Positions 1 through 13,694 of a DNA stretch of 64,000 bases are shown one piece after another (the stretch's first letter is position 1; each line of letters begins with the position of its first letter). A program made the position numbers and the translations under genes. This stretch comes from Phoronis australis (lineage: Eukaryota; Animalia; Phoronida). The notes under the pieces were generated by a model. The model was given only the letters and a program-made list of their open reading frames with translations. It was not told the DNA's origin and searched no databases. The stretch lies in contig NMRA01000095.1 of assembly GCA_002633005.1 (NCBI GenBank), positions 786,412 to 850,411 of the forward strand. Reading direction: 5' to 3'.

Positions 1-2105
1 TGCGCTGTTTGTCATCGCTATTGGTTGTGATCAGGTAAGTGAGCCGAGTTGTTCTCTATCCATTGTTGCGCACTTTAATCAAACAAAGAATTTAACTTAA
101 TGTAACCCAACGCATGAGCCCACTGACAAAGTTGTAAGTTTTTAACTGAGGGACTGGTCCAGTGTGATGGGTCGTCTAAGCCAAGAAGCGTAGCAATGAA
201 TGGGGGGAATGGATTGTTGTTTGCTAAGGACGTGGTGCCCCCTTGTGTTCCATTCCTGTGTAGGTCTGTGCCAGTGCATGTTACGTTAACCATTGGTTTA
301 AAAAAACTCCGGACATGCGATTCACTACTTAACGTTACACAATATGGCCAGCTAGTGAAACTGTTTATAGTCAAAGTTTTTCTGAAATATGAAAATTGAG
401 AAAATTTTGGTCTTACTGCTAGCATAGTTTACGAAGTGTGGGTGTTATAAAACGGCTTATGGCAGTTTCCATTATTAGCAGTAACCAAGCCTTTGAATTT
501 CACAAAATGACAATTTATACTTTGTTGATGGCATAAACTATCATCTGGTAAAGTTTCAACTATTTGCAGCCAAGTTATCAGCGTTTGAAAAATGGAAAAT
601 TTTTATTGAAAATGGAAAATTTTGGCAATTATTAATAAGTGTCGAATTACCGTACATGAGATTTCTGTTGGAGTTGCTTTTGTTGCATGATTTAATTGAT
701 TGTTTACAGCTTTCTGCAATATTAAATGATGCTACGTTAGTTGAGCAAGTGAAAAAAGAAGCTCCACAGAGACAACCGAAGTCAAATATGTCGCTGTTGG
801 CTGAAATATTTGGACGAGGTCAGTTCCTTGTGATAGTAAAGGCTGCGTGTGAATTGGTAGTAATATAACGCGCTCTGCTGGTTGTTTTGGGAGAGTTTGT
901 GGAAGTACTGTCTAGTGAATAGCCACATTCCAACATCTGCACTCTTCAAAAAAACATTGTAATTACCCACAGTGCTTCACTTCCTGAGGGAAGTTGAGCC
1001 TTGTTTTCAGGTGTCACATGTATGTTGCATACCGTTTTTTTAAATAATAATATTTTCACACTTTCAAACATGTGAGAGTAACATTTGTCTGTGGCAATAT
1101 TAGTGTTAAATATTTAAAAAGAACAGCTGCAATAACACAGAAATTTGTTGAATTTTTTGTTGTGGTCATTCTGTGCTGCTGTACTATGGCTTACAATGCA
1201 GACATTAGAAAATTGACAGAGTTAAGTTCCATGCATGCACGTCATGATATTTGTTACTTTTTCATCTCTGCGAAATGTGTCTGCTGTTGAGTGCAATGCA
1301 GGTATTGTCCAGTGCCCATTTTGTAAATGCATTGTCTAGAAAATCATATTAGTTTTTGTCTTAAAGTTCAGATTTTGCAAATGTGTGCTAAAATAGAAGA
1401 AGAATATAATCAGAAAATGTCCATTTGAATCAGCACATGTAATGATGTTTGTGTAGACATGCGTTCATTCCTTTCTCTCCCCGTTCCAGGTCACCCAGCC
1501 CTGTGGTTATGTCCATTGCAATTTAACAGTGACAGAAAAATGGAGACTTTGCCTTACGATGTGTGAGGGGAACACCGTGGTTCGAATAGTTCAACTAGCA
1601 GAGTATAGCCTTGTAACTTCTGACATCTCAGCGCTAGTTACTCAGGATTCATGGAGAAACCATGTTTTTCTCCATATTGACCCACCACCCATGTGGCTAT
1701 TATCACAGCTTCCACGGGTTGTTGCAGGTTGCAATGTAGATATTATGTGCAGAGCACACCGAAAGTAGTTAGAGAAAATATTGTTTGCCCACAATGACAA
1801 TTGTTAGCATTGAAAGCGGTATTAGCCGTCATTTCGGGGAAACATCATTTTGTCCTTTTTGGCATGTACTGTATGTATTTAGAGAGTTGTCCAATAACAG
1901 GCTGACAATCATTTTGAAATGGAATTGTTATGAGGCAAAAAAGCATAGCAAGTTCTGCTCTGTATTTTAGTTGCCTGCTTTTCAACAATAATCCGCCCGA
2001 GTGAAAAAATGATGCGGAATTGTAATATACTCATCTCTCGGCATATCGTGGCACACCTTGCTTACACCTTTGTTCATTTAACTTTGTGCAGTTTTAAAAG
2101 ACACG

Positions 2106-2390
2106 TGGGGTCCGTTTCATGAAAGTGACTTAAGACGTAAGACAGAAATTTAGTCTGACACTCCCACTTAACTGTTATTTGAAAAAGGTAAACCCAAGGA
2201 AGTACGAGCGCATCGGGGTCCAAAAATAATTTCTAGATATTACCTCAGTAACTTATAGTATGTGTTTAGTCTCAGATACTCTGTAGTTTTGATCAATTGA
2301 GATTTAATTGTTTTTCAGAATTAGTTATGTGGAGTGTAAGACTAAAGTTCTGTCTTCAGTCTCGAGTCACTTTTCATAACACAGACCCCA
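2106..2390. mobile_element. MITE with long terminal inverted repeats (PIF/Harbinger-like termini)
   Basis: Left arm ggggtccgtttcatgaaagtgacttaagacgtaagacagaaatttagtctgacactcc pairs with right arm ggagtgtaagactaaagttctgtcttcagtctcgagtcacttttcataacacagacccc; no coding capacity. Confidence 0.75.
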
Positions 2391-3949
2391 GACCTGGACT
2401 GAAATCGATGCTGGTAGAGTTTTTTGTAGTCAGTGAGAGCAGGTCTCAAAATGAGTGTTATGTCCCACACGTCTTCCCCAAAACGGCCAGTGTAAAATGA
2501 AAGCAAGGTTTTGGGACAGAGAAGATGTCTTTATTTCCATGTATTTACAAATGATGGTCAGCAGAAGTTCTTGTGATCTTAACCTTTTGAGCAAGATTGA
2601 CTCCTGTGAAAAACCTAGATTGAGTCATAGTTTCTTGTTTTCCTCAAGTATGTTTTTATTTGTGAAAATGCTAAATATGCCGTGGGTCCGATTTAAAAAA
2701 TCTTACTTGGAACTGCATCATTATGGTTAAAGAGGCTCTCGTATATTTGCTGTCAAGAATGTAAAAAATTGCGTTGTGCTTACAACTGACCTGAGGTCGT
2801 CTGGTGTTGAACTCGGTGGAACCAGCTGCATGAATTATGTAAAAGAGAGAGAGAAACCATGAGAACACTGGTCAGTTTCAAACTTTTGTTCAGTGAATTG
2901 TTTCACATTGGCTGCGCGTGATTGAATAAACCCATTGTGCCAGGTCAACTGACTGAGACACCTGATTGGCTTAAAAACCTGAAGTCGTTGTCGGAAACTA
3001 TTCAAATTTATTACCCAGCTGACCCGACAAAATGGGCAAATTCAACTCATACATCATAGTTGTCAACTTTTCAAGAATTTAAATCTTGCTTATGTGTGAT
3101 GTATAATATTCATGTGAAGCGAGCTGTGTGTATTAAACATTTGTTTTTGGACATTATGGTTTTGAGATATTTTGTTCACTGGGTAGTCACAGGAAAGCCA
3201 CTTGACTTTACGTAATCAAATCCTGCAGTAAATGTGTATTATGTCATAAAGTTTGTTGATCAGTGGACTATTCTCTTGCAAGTGGTGCCTTGTTCTTGTT
3301 TTCACAAACATATATTTGAACATCAGTTCTGTTTTCAATGTGACTCTTGATGTTCTTGTTGAAATGTTACCATTGTAGTAGGAAACCAGAGTTTGAGCGT
3401 TGTGATTTTGGCTCTGTCTGTGATTATTTTAATCTGTTTTATGTTGTTCGTTACGGGCATTTGGGCAATAGTTGATTTACTTTTCATTTTCCTCTTTGTA
3501 CTGGTTTTCTTTAGTCGTGTATTTTCATATGAACGAAGAAGCTTTGTAAGTTCAGGACTTTTGCGAGCCCGCATATCGACCTTGCATTATCCACACACTC
3601 TGAGTACCACTGATGAGTCATTTTTGCCCCTAACAATGTATAACATTATGGTGTAGAAGCTGTAGTGTTTCATATTTAATTTTTGCATAATTTCGTTTAG
3701 TGGGTGTTGAAAAGCATCACTTCAGGTACTTAATACACAAGAGCACAAGAGAGTGATGTTTTCTAACTTGTCATTTTCTATTGTGGGTTAACAAGTGCAT
3801 TTTCACTTTATCGAAACATTGTACATTGTCATTAGTTTTTAATTTATTAAGAACCTCCTGGTTCACATTGTGATGTGCTATTAACTCATCAATGGAGGGC
3901 AAAGGAAGGTTGTTGTTAATTCATGTACTGTTTTCAAAGTGGCACGTAT

Positions 3950-4091
3950 CAGCCTCCCGTTCAGTAATGCTAGGACCTCGCTAAAAAGCAAGACTTCGCG
4001 AGATTACGTGAGATATTGTCGCGTATTTTAAATGAAAACCCGTGACTTTGGCTAGATTTTAGCTAGGTCCTAGCGTTACTGAATGCACGCC
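3950..4091. mobile_element. About 140-bp MITE, copy 1 (copy 2 at 48539-48695)
   Basis: TIR cgttcagtaatgctaggacct / aggtcctagcgttactgaatg; near-identical copy about 44.6 kb away. Confidence 0.8.
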
Positions 4092-4827
4092 AGTTTTGCT
4101 TCTTACATTTAGGCTCAAAATTTTGTGCTGGGTTAGCATGGTTTTTCAGGTCTAAGAAAACCATGCAAACATGTAGAAGTTTCCTTGACTCATAAAGCCT
4201 GTCGTAACCCCTATGAGAATTCTCAAGGGTCTGAAAATTATTGCATTCTGTTGTTCATGTCACCATGGTAACATTGGCTATGCCTAATTATGCAATAGTC
4301 AGTTGTGCATAACTCTAACTTAACATTTAAATGTTACTATTGAACCATTTACAAATAAAACTCGTGCTTCTACAAATTCCTTTTTTAAAATTGATTGTGC
4401 CTCGTATATCTATGAGTTTTTAAAATGTTATATTTGACATTTTATTGAACTTTGCCAAGAACCTATATTAATTTTTGTTGTTGTTATCAAACTTCGCATC
4501 CAGAATACGTATATCCTTTATTGACGGTTTTTTCCTTAACATGAAGTTTTACAGCCTTAAAGGCTTTACCAATATGAAGATTCATTGGAGCAACTTTTTT
4601 AGAATTTTTTGGCTGTGTTTCTTAAAAAAATATGCTCTCTTCAGCAATTGCTGTGGTATGTACTGCGTAACAAGATTCGGCTATAATCAACTAGACATAA
4701 TTGATTTACCAAAAAAAATGATAAACATCGAGCCAGTATGAATGCAAAGCCAGCAAAGCGTGGAATGTTCTTTTGCCGACACTCAGCGCTCCTTTTGGAG
4801 TCCTCGTTAAACTTGACGACGTAAACA

Positions 4828-4898
4828 AATATGGCGGAAAACCGCGGGAATTTATTGGTTTAAAGGTTCTGCAAAAAGCAAATATGCCGCTGGTTTGA
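4828..4898 (+). promoter_or_regulatory. YY1-like motif near the RFESD start, with two short uORFs
   Basis: AATATGGCGG at 4828-4837 matches AANATGGCGG. uORFs 4831-4863 (MAENRGNLLV*) and 4884-4898 (MPLV*) precede the main ATG at 4902. Confidence 0.45.
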
Positions 4899-4901
4899 TT
4901 G

Positions 4902-7900
4902 ATGTCTGGAGAAACCAGCCCTCTTTATTTTCCCGTTGAAAATGTAACGCTAGAAGGTACTTTATGTTTTGTTGTTTATTTATTGATTTGATGAGTTATA
5001 CGCTTGCGTGTGTGACCTGTTGACCGCTTAGACCGCACATCACAATAGTATACAACTAGTCAAACCACAGGCACTCTCATCAGCCGTTCAACGTTACACT
5101 GCATAAAAATTATTATAGTGTCATGATGACCGGCTGATAGTGCCTGTGGTCCAAGCAAAACCAACTGATTTAACGGCCAGTGACTGATGGAATTGATATT
5201 GTTTAAAACAAATCTGAGACTCCATGTATCTGGAAAAGTGCTGATCAGTGCAGTGTTGATGTGTTAAGGTTATGTACTAACCTTATCAATATCTAGCCTA
5301 TGTACTTAGTCAAATATCTGCAAAGCTATAGATTTTAGCTCAGGAAAATATATACTTTTGAAAATACAAGGCCTGTGGAATTTGATTTTTGACTTTGGCA
5401 ATCTGCCATTAATCAGTGTGTCGCACGACCATGCATGTATTCACCTTTAGTGAAAAAGAAAGGTACATTCATTACAATACAACGGTATCTATTACATGAC
5501 TAAATTTCAGTTTTCTAAATTATTGTGTTTTCGTTGATGCAACTTTTGATTTTTTTGTAAAAGTCTTAAAAGTCGCATTGGTAGCCCTCGTGCAAAAGTG
5601 CAATTACATTGTAAAAACAATTCCTAAAACCCATTTACACTAAGCATCTGAAGGTTTCGCGTGAATCTGATCAGCCAGCCTGAGATATGTTATGAAGTCA
5701 GACACACTTGGACATTTTTCTAGGGTCATTTAAAATACGCTAAGTCCATATAATTTTACTGATTTGGCTCTCACACTTAACGTGATTTCAGTTATCTGAC
5801 TAAGAAAAAGAAGATAAATAAATAACGACCAGACATAACAGATGTCTATCTTTAAATCTCCCTTTTCTTTGTTATGTCATTTTTGACCAGTAACAGGACT
5901 AATATCTCTTTAGTATTTGTAAAAAAGGAAACAATACATGAGGATCTTTGAGGTGTAGGAGATGTAGTTCAGGGCGAGTTCAGGATTATTCGCTGGCCTC
6001 AGATGGTACTCATAGTCCAGACCAACGAGGCCTACATCATTTTTGGAGAGGCGAATTTCTGTTAACCACCAGTCCTTTGAGACTGAGTTTTCATCCATTG
6101 ACTTGGTGATGGGTGATGTGGGAAAACTTCACAGTTCATGAAGTGTTATTTGCCTCTGTATTGGAATTCTTAATTAAAGGAGTGCATATTAAAGAATTTT
6201 GTAGCAAGTGTTGCGACAAATTGGAAAAGATATGGTGCTGTACGACTGTGGCAATGTAAAGCACCATCATAATGTTTCACATCAAACTCAAAAGTTATTT
6301 TTTGTTAAAAAAAAAAACAGAACACAATTTGGAAAGCAGTCTTTTCCAGGATATTTTGTGAATATTTTTTAACTCAAGTTTCACCAGTCTCTTCCACCTC
6401 GCTTTTGGAATGGTTCTACATTTCTATAGGACTCTGCATGGATACTACTCAGCCCCAGCGAAGTGGTGTGTAAACACATCAAAAGAACTGTAGGCTACAG
6501 TTCCTCGTGAACCAAGACTAGTCATTATCAATTAATTGAAATTACAATAACTTTAAACAGTATCCGAATGACTGATTTGGTGACTTCAATCTCTGTTCTG
6601 GCTGAAACCATTTCACGGCTTTCTTTGCAGAAGTTTTTTTAAAACTCGTAATTTGATCTTGAAAACTGCCATGCATTGTGCGCCTGGTATGTTGTTTTTG
6701 TGCATAATGTTTAAACTACTTAATAAACTCAATTATTATAATTTTCTTAATTTTTGGTGATTTTGATTCTAACTTACATTGGCCTCACGTCAACCACGTC
6801 CAAAACTGATGGTTATAATCATTTTCATTTATTTTTTGTTATTTTTTAAATATTTTAAAATTTTTTAATAAATTATATGAAAATCAAAATTAAAAGAGAA
6901 TTGAAAGTAATTAATGAATATGTAATGTTGTACATAAATTAAAACAAATAACAAATGAAAGAAATTCATTTTGAAATTAAATTAGTTCAAAAAATAAAAA
7001 AAAACAATGAGTAAAATCTCCATGCAGTGATGGCCACCATAAATGAGCTGCTACTACAGAAAATCTTGTCATCAAAGTTTCAAGAAAGAACACAAAAAAG
7101 GTATTAATTCTGCCTTTCAAGTTTGAGTACAATTCAAACACCATTCTGTAGTTTACTAGGCTTGTGGACGTCTAATTTTTTGTTGCAACAAACATGTCCT
7201 ATTTATGACTTAAATAAAATCTTGAGTCATTCAAAAATTTTATGGTTGTTCATGCGAGACAAAACAAACTAATTATTTTTACTTTACTCTTTATGAATTT
7301 CTAGATTTATTTGATTGGTCCAATAACAATTCCCAATGTAAGACTACAACTGTCTCGGTGAGGGCATTACGACGGCAAAGTAGCCAAACAGGAAGTGTTG
7401 CCGAGGTCAATGAGGTCAAAGTTGCACTGTTTCGCTATGGTGAAAAGGTGTTTGCAATAAACGAAAGGTGCCCCCATGCTGGTAGGTTATGGTTTTCAAT
7501 CTTAAATTTGTCAATTTTTAGGATTTACCTAAAGTATTATACTCTGACGTTACCGAGTTCTTACATGTGTTTTGGAAGCATGTAGAAAATAATATTGACT
7601 TACTTTGTGTCAGTTTACCACTGCCAACTGTGTTCATGAGAACATGTTTGTTTTTGTAAAATTAAACAAAATTTTGTTTAGGAAGAGTACATTCATTGCA
7701 AAACAATGATAACTTCCCCAAATTTCTTTCCATATTAATTATTCAAAAATGCAGTTACAGTTTTCCAAATAACTACTTTTAATTCATTATTAGCGGCCAC
7801 TTTTTAGGTTATTTTTAACACATGATACCTTTAAATGCAACTTGTGGTACCGTAATATATGTCTTATCGTGAAACGGGTGGATTTGCTTTAATTTTGCTA

Positions 7901-8168
7901 TTTTAAGAGCAGGTATTAATTTGTGACATTTTCAGGTGGACCTTTGCATGTCGGAGATATCGAAGTATTGCCGGATCGTAATATGATTTGTGTTCGTTGC
8001 CCTTGGCACAGCTGGAAATTTGACCTTGAGACAGGCAATGCTGTATATCCCCCTGGACGGGATATAAAGGCGTCGGTTTATCCAGTGAAAGTCAGTGAGA
8101 ATGGTACAATTCACGTGGGATTTTCTGAGTTCGCACAAAATTGTTTTAACGGTAATATTGACTTTTAG
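4902..8168 (+). CDS. RFESD: Rieske [2Fe-2S] domain-containing protein (RFESD-like), 3 exons, 154 aa
   Basis: Exons 4902-4956, 7305-7481, 7936-8168, all GT-AG and phase 1. The joined ORF has the Rieske ligand motifs CPHAGGPL and CPWHSWKFDL. Exon 1 (MSGETSPLYFPVENVTLE) is assigned by phase fit and promoter proximity. Confidence 0.85.
5064..5150. repeat. About 87-nt imperfect hairpin in RFESD intron 1
   Basis: accacaggcact..atcagccg pairs with cggctgat..agtgcctgtggt, with inner acact/agtgt pairing. Confidence 0.7.
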
Positions 8169-10867
8169 CTGAACAGCTAAATATTCATAATGCCAAAATA
8201 GACAAGTATTTATGCTGCTTACGCACACAGTAGTTTTCAAGAAAAGTCGACGCTATTTCTTCTTGTCGAAGATCGTTGAAGCTTTTGTTATAAAACTTCC
8301 TGACAGATTTTCAAGTGATGTAGATGTACTTTTCATCTGATTTCGTTTTGGGTTTTCACAACTGCGATGAAGTCAAATAATTGAATTTCGACAGAATTCA
8401 ACATTTTTATTTGAAAACTAATTGCACAACTACATCTCTGCACAGGACAGTGTAAAATATTGTGAAGACTTATTTGCATACCTAGTATTGTCAGAGACTC
8501 TTGAAAAGTGAAAAACATGCCAAGTATTTGTGTCTGAATTTATGAGATTTGTTAATACCCTAAAGAGTGAATACGACCAAAGAGCTGAGCACAATTTTTT
8601 TCTACCAGTAGGCAGCATTGCATTTTGCATTTTTAGAAACAAATGAGTTGATGACACCTGAAGTGATAAAATGGTGTTTAGTTTGTTTATTTTTATGTTG
8701 GGATATGATATGTGCAGTACAGGCCAAAAGTATTCTGACAAAATGAGCTGGAACTTTCCTTCAAGACAGCTGGGTGGAAGCTGAATTCATTGTTAGAGTT
8801 AGTCTTCCCTCATGACCAAGAATGAAATAGTATTAACAGAAAATTTAACAAGGTAACTAATTTGTTCTGTGATTAGAATTTTGCTGTCATTACCAGTAAT
8901 TTTTGCTGTCAACAGAAGTAGCTGTCATGGCGGTTAAACATTATTTTGCCTGATTACTTTTGTCGTGCAATCTATGGTTTTCAACAGTATGTATTCTTTT
9001 GTTGTGATTTTGCATTTTTGGAAGAAATAAGATAAATTAGCCCTTCTATAGCTTTCCACAGTTACACTATGTGTGGAGTAGGACTTGTGGGCTTTACTTA
9101 TGGCATGTTTTGGCACGGATCCTTGTTTTTTTCTTGAAGTTGGACTTCGCGAAACAAGTTCTGCTTAACCTTTTAAAAAAGTTCTAGTTCATTTGATTTT
9201 AGTGAACCACTTCTTTATTTATGTATGCTTATTTTTTAACTATGTATTTTGTTTTATATATTGTTTCTACTTGTTGTGAACTTAGATATCTGCTATCTAA
9301 TAGAAATATACTATTCTTATTATTGTGTATTATTAGGATACCAAACCTGGTTTTGACATTTTGACAGATATTAGACACGACTTTGACATCCTGCTGTCTG
9401 AAACAAAATAATGCTCTGTAACCCAAAAATTGAAAGTTTGTTATATAATCTGGGAAACAGGGCAGGGGTGACCTGCACTTTAGGTCAGTTACCTGGCAAC
9501 TGTAAGGAAAGACCACCCAACAAGAATCTGTGACACAGGGAGTATGCTTTCAGTTCAACCTTATTTTTATCACTCAAATGAGATGCATTAGCAGATGACA
9601 GTACGAGGATTGGTCAAAATCACCAAAACTGGGTTTAAAATCATTTCAAGTGTGATATGTTTTATTAAAAATTTATGTTCGATTTGAACTTGCTAGAGGT
9701 TTTGACTGCTTTTTGGTATTCTTTGAGAAATGGCCTTTGTTCAGTACGAGCTGAAATTTATGTGCTAATCCATGCAATGAAAATGTGGGTGCTTGTTGTG
9801 CATAGGGAGTAGAATGACTTGAACATGTCAAACTTGAGTGTAACATTATTGAGCTCTATATTTGTCTGTGTCTGCACATTTCCTGCTGTTAAAATCTTGC
9901 CTTGAATCAGATTTGCCACTCTCTAAAGCTGAGCTTTAATTTGTGGTTGCTTGTGCTTTGGGCTAACCAGTCAAATTAGTGGCCATAATATTTTTTTAAT
10001 AAACATTAAGAACATAAAAAAATATTATGTTAATTATTTGTGACTCATGACGGCCAGCCTCCGAGAAAGCCTAGGCATTTTTTACATTGTTTACAGCAGA
10101 GGGTCATATGCATAAACATTATGCAGCTGGCTTTTGAAATCCCTTGACCTCAATATACATATTGTCGGGAAGAGATGATGATATTGCCTGATCCTAAGAT
10201 TCTTATCTGAAGAAAGATTTAAAAATAAGATTTCTTGAGTTTATAAGCAGGTATTGAACCTCATAACTTTCTGAGAGCCTGCCTGTAATATGTTAGGGTT
10301 TCTTGGTTTGCGTTGTGGATGACTATGTTTGTAATTGTTTACAAAAACCAACGTTCTAAAACTTGCCTAAGGGAGTTAGTATGAACTGAGATTATATAGA
10401 ACAAACTTGTTTTTTACTCCCCTTATGTCTGGATTACTGTAATGGCTTGATGGACTTCCACTTTGACTTGCTTGTGTGATGATGAGATGGGCGATTTTCA
10501 ATAAATTATTAACTTAACATGCATTGTATGGTTTCTCCTGTTATATTGGGTATTGCCATTAGTTAGTTTAGATGATGGTTAATTTACAAATATTAGAGAT
10601 GGGTGTTATCATTCATTTAGGTGTACTGCACTTTGTGAAGTCAGGGATACGCCATGGCATTCCTGAAATAGCACAGCCTCTCTCTCATTCTGAGTTATTT
10701 GCTCTCAATGCAACACATGTCAAGCACTTCACCTGCTTCTTCACATGCAAATATACTAGTGACTATTTCATGTCCTAATTTAGCTAAATTTTGTAATTCA
10801 TCGTTGGAATGGTGCAGCGGAACTTGTATCTGTTGTATTTTGGGTTGCAGTGTTAACAACACGGCAT

Positions 10868-10943
10868 AGGGTAGTACCCACGCAGGGTAGTACTCATGCA
10901 GGGTAGTACCCACGCAGGGTAGTACCCATGCAGGGTAGTACCC
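10868..10943. repeat. 16-bp minisatellite, about 4.7 copies, with palindromic core
   Basis: Unit agggtagtacccacgc/catgc; the core gggta-g-taccc is self-complementary. Confidence 0.9.
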
Positions 10944-11575
10944 GGCCCACGCGCTAGTTAATTGGATATCACTAAAATTTACTGTTGTCTGAAAGGAAAT
11001 TCATAAGTAAAACCTTTTCATTTCGAAATACACAATTGTACTACCATGGAATTTAGAAGGTTGAAGGCGACTCCTAAAAGGAATGAAGATGACAGACCAT
11101 AAAATTCTGAGGGAATATGATTGATAAATGTCGTCGCAGTTGTGAAACTGTAGGAAGTTCTGATGAAATCAGAATTCTCAAATTTGCTTCGTCTGTTTTA
11201 TTTTGTCCAGTTAGTTAACGCTGCTAGACGACTTTCCTCTCGGGATCTTTCGTACATGTGCCGATAATAAATTAAAGGGAGATGAAAAGTTCCGTCATTT
11301 CTATGACCCGTGCGGTTCGAATGTAACAGACTAGTCGGTTTTTACTTGACCGTTTTCTGCCTATCCACGATGTATCACTGATGATGTGTGACGTGTCGTG
11401 CGAAAGCAGGAGAAACGTGCGTACCACCCATAACCTTTTTCAGATGATGTAAAACAATAATGTCAATTTGGATTCATTTTTTTTCAAAATTTTAAATAAT
11501 TTATTGAAAGTTGAACACTTCAAAATACAAAATGATTGACAACCTGTAGCAGGACCAGGGGTCTTTTTCACGAAC

Positions 11576-11658
11576 ACTCGGGCACACAATCGCACAGTAT
11601 CTCACTCATCATTCACACACTCACTCGGGCACACAAAAGCACAGTATCTCACTCATCA
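11576..11658. repeat. Direct duplication of about 37 bp
   Basis: cactcgggcacacaa..gcacagtatctcactcatca occurs twice. Confidence 0.8.
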
Positions 11659-11990
11659 GTTCAGAAATACTAAAATTTCCAAACTGTCTCAACTGTCTCG
11701 TTTCAACTCTTAAATTGTTTACAGCATAGTTATAATGTAGTATTCTACACTTAGAGAAATACTAATGCAAACCCTACTTTAAACCAAGTTTTTTATAAGG
11801 CGCTTTTCCCCTGACCTTCAACTCTCCGAGGAGGACAAGGAATTCTATTTGATTTGTCATTTTCCTTTTTGGAAACAAAAAAGACAAGGCATTTAAAAAT
11901 TCTTTCGAGTATTGATTATTTATACTTTCCGTTTTTGTAAGTTAAGACCAAACTTCATCGAAATCTTGATATCGAAAATCAGAAATAGAA

Positions 11991-12280
11991 CATGAGCGCA
12001 CCCAGCCCAAAAATGTGGGAGGGGGCCTCGAATTTTTGAGAATGTGGATTTTTTACTAGTTGTACTAGGAATACACGGGGTACATTCAGGGTTAGGAATT
12101 GTACATTCGCCGAATTTTGGTAGTTCTAGCTTTTTTGTTGGACTTTTGCCTCATTTCCTACTTTTTCCGAGTTTTTTCTCTGAGGCGGACCTTTTTGCCC
12201 AGTTCGCCAAATAGAGGAGGGGGTTCGAATGAGCTCATTCCAGCCCCTCGAGCCCCCACTCCCACCTGGGTGCGCGCACG
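11991..12280. mobile_element. Non-autonomous DNA transposon (hAT-like MITE), copy 1 (copy 2 at 46235-46495)
   Basis: TIR catg(a/c)gcgcaccc / gggtgcgcgca(c/t)g; internal blocks (gggggg..ctcgaattt, ggcggacctttttgccc) shared with the second copy. Confidence 0.75.
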
Positions 12281-13694
12281 AGCGTTGCACTTAAGTTAAA
12301 AATAATAGATCATTTTGATACCTATACTTAGTTATAATCAAAAACGGCTCTTGTACTTTGAACCTTATTATGACGCACTTGATGCCCAGGAGGTTTGGAC
12401 TAGGCCTACTTACGTTGAAAATTGTGTAAATCGAGACAAATCCAATGTGGTAGGATCAAATATCAAAAATTGCAATTTGGTAATCGAGCTCACTCAAATG
12501 AAATTTGGAACCTCTGTAAGATCCTAATTAAAACTAATGTCTATTCGGGTGTATTTTTTGACATTAATATGAAAAGTTGTTTATTCTCCATTCACAGCAT
12601 GGCGGATACATGCATGCTGTGGATGGTGACTACAGGGTAAAGATACCACGAATGGGACTATGTGTCAAAATTGGCAGTTTTGAAAACAGTTTGGTATGTG
12701 TTGACCAACGTGGTTCGCTCGTTGATTCTTGTTCAATGACGTGCAGTTCTTGGTTTGTTAGAAGCTGGAAAAACGTAATAATTTTATGAGGTTGCACAGA
12801 CGGAGGAGTGAACCAAAATGCCATCGCCAGATTGTGAAACTACGCCAAGATAAATATTGTCCTTTACAAAATCCGAATGAAATTTGGTTATTTTTGAAAG
12901 TTGAGTTCAGGGAGTAGTGTATATTGCTTTGAATAGTGTATATTGCCTTGAGTAGTGTATATTGCAGTTTTGGAAAGCTTCACCACTGTGACACACCTGA
13001 GGTTCTAGGATATCAAAATTTACCTGTCAAGTTTAGGCCCTGACTGACTTCGTTCAAGTTTTCCTAAAAGTTTTGTTTCCTGTCACTGAAATGAATTCCA
13101 TCCACGTGTTTACAGGAATAATGCATGTTTTCTAACTAAGGGAACTATTTAGAAGGAATTTGGCGTTCTTCAATGCATTTAGCCTTCCGTGATGTGACTC
13201 CTCAGCGGTTTCAGGCCGTTTAGTTCGCGATATGAATTGCCGTGCACGTTTTACAGCATTGTTGTTTTGGTCAGGCTTCACAGTTCCCTTACTTCTTGTT
13301 CTCCGTCAATAATTGTTCAGTATCTAGAAAAAAAGTTTGTAGCGCTTATTCTCCGCTCTCTCTTCCTCTATTTCTTTTATTCTCTTTATGAAATACACAC
13401 CAGACGCCTCGGCTAGAGTGCATGTCACTGAACTGAAGTCCGCCCAGATATTCAAACGTTTTCCGAGATCTTGTGTTATTGACATGATATGCGAATTCTG
13501 ACATCAATATATGATTTTAACAGAAACAAAAACCAAAGAAGATTGTTTAGTTTATCCTGTTCTATTTTTGAACTTTGTTAAAATAACGAAACCTGTTACC
13601 GGACATTGAGATACATCATGAGTGGCACTCAACAACATGAGAAGTTCACCGATTGAGGTCGCTCCCTTTAAATTTGCTATTACCTTCGCGCATC

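Larger units (their letters stand above)
1..4359 (+). other. Probable 3' end of an unidentified upstream gene (exon end at 34, terminal exon and long 3' UTR)
   Basis: Strong donor CAG|GTAAGT at 34/35, polypyrimidine acceptor ctttctctccccgttccag ending 1489, UG/U-rich UTR-like sequence, AATAAA at 4354-4359. Product cannot be identified from the visible sequence. Confidence 0.3.

Noticed and set aside
3335-3656. Hydrophobic 87-aa ORF and Lys-rich antisense ORF
   Set aside because: T-rich UTR-like sequence, TTG start, no splice context or family motif.
11378-11430. CTGATGA..GAAA hammerhead-like motif
   Set aside because: Stem I cannot form and stem III is out of register.
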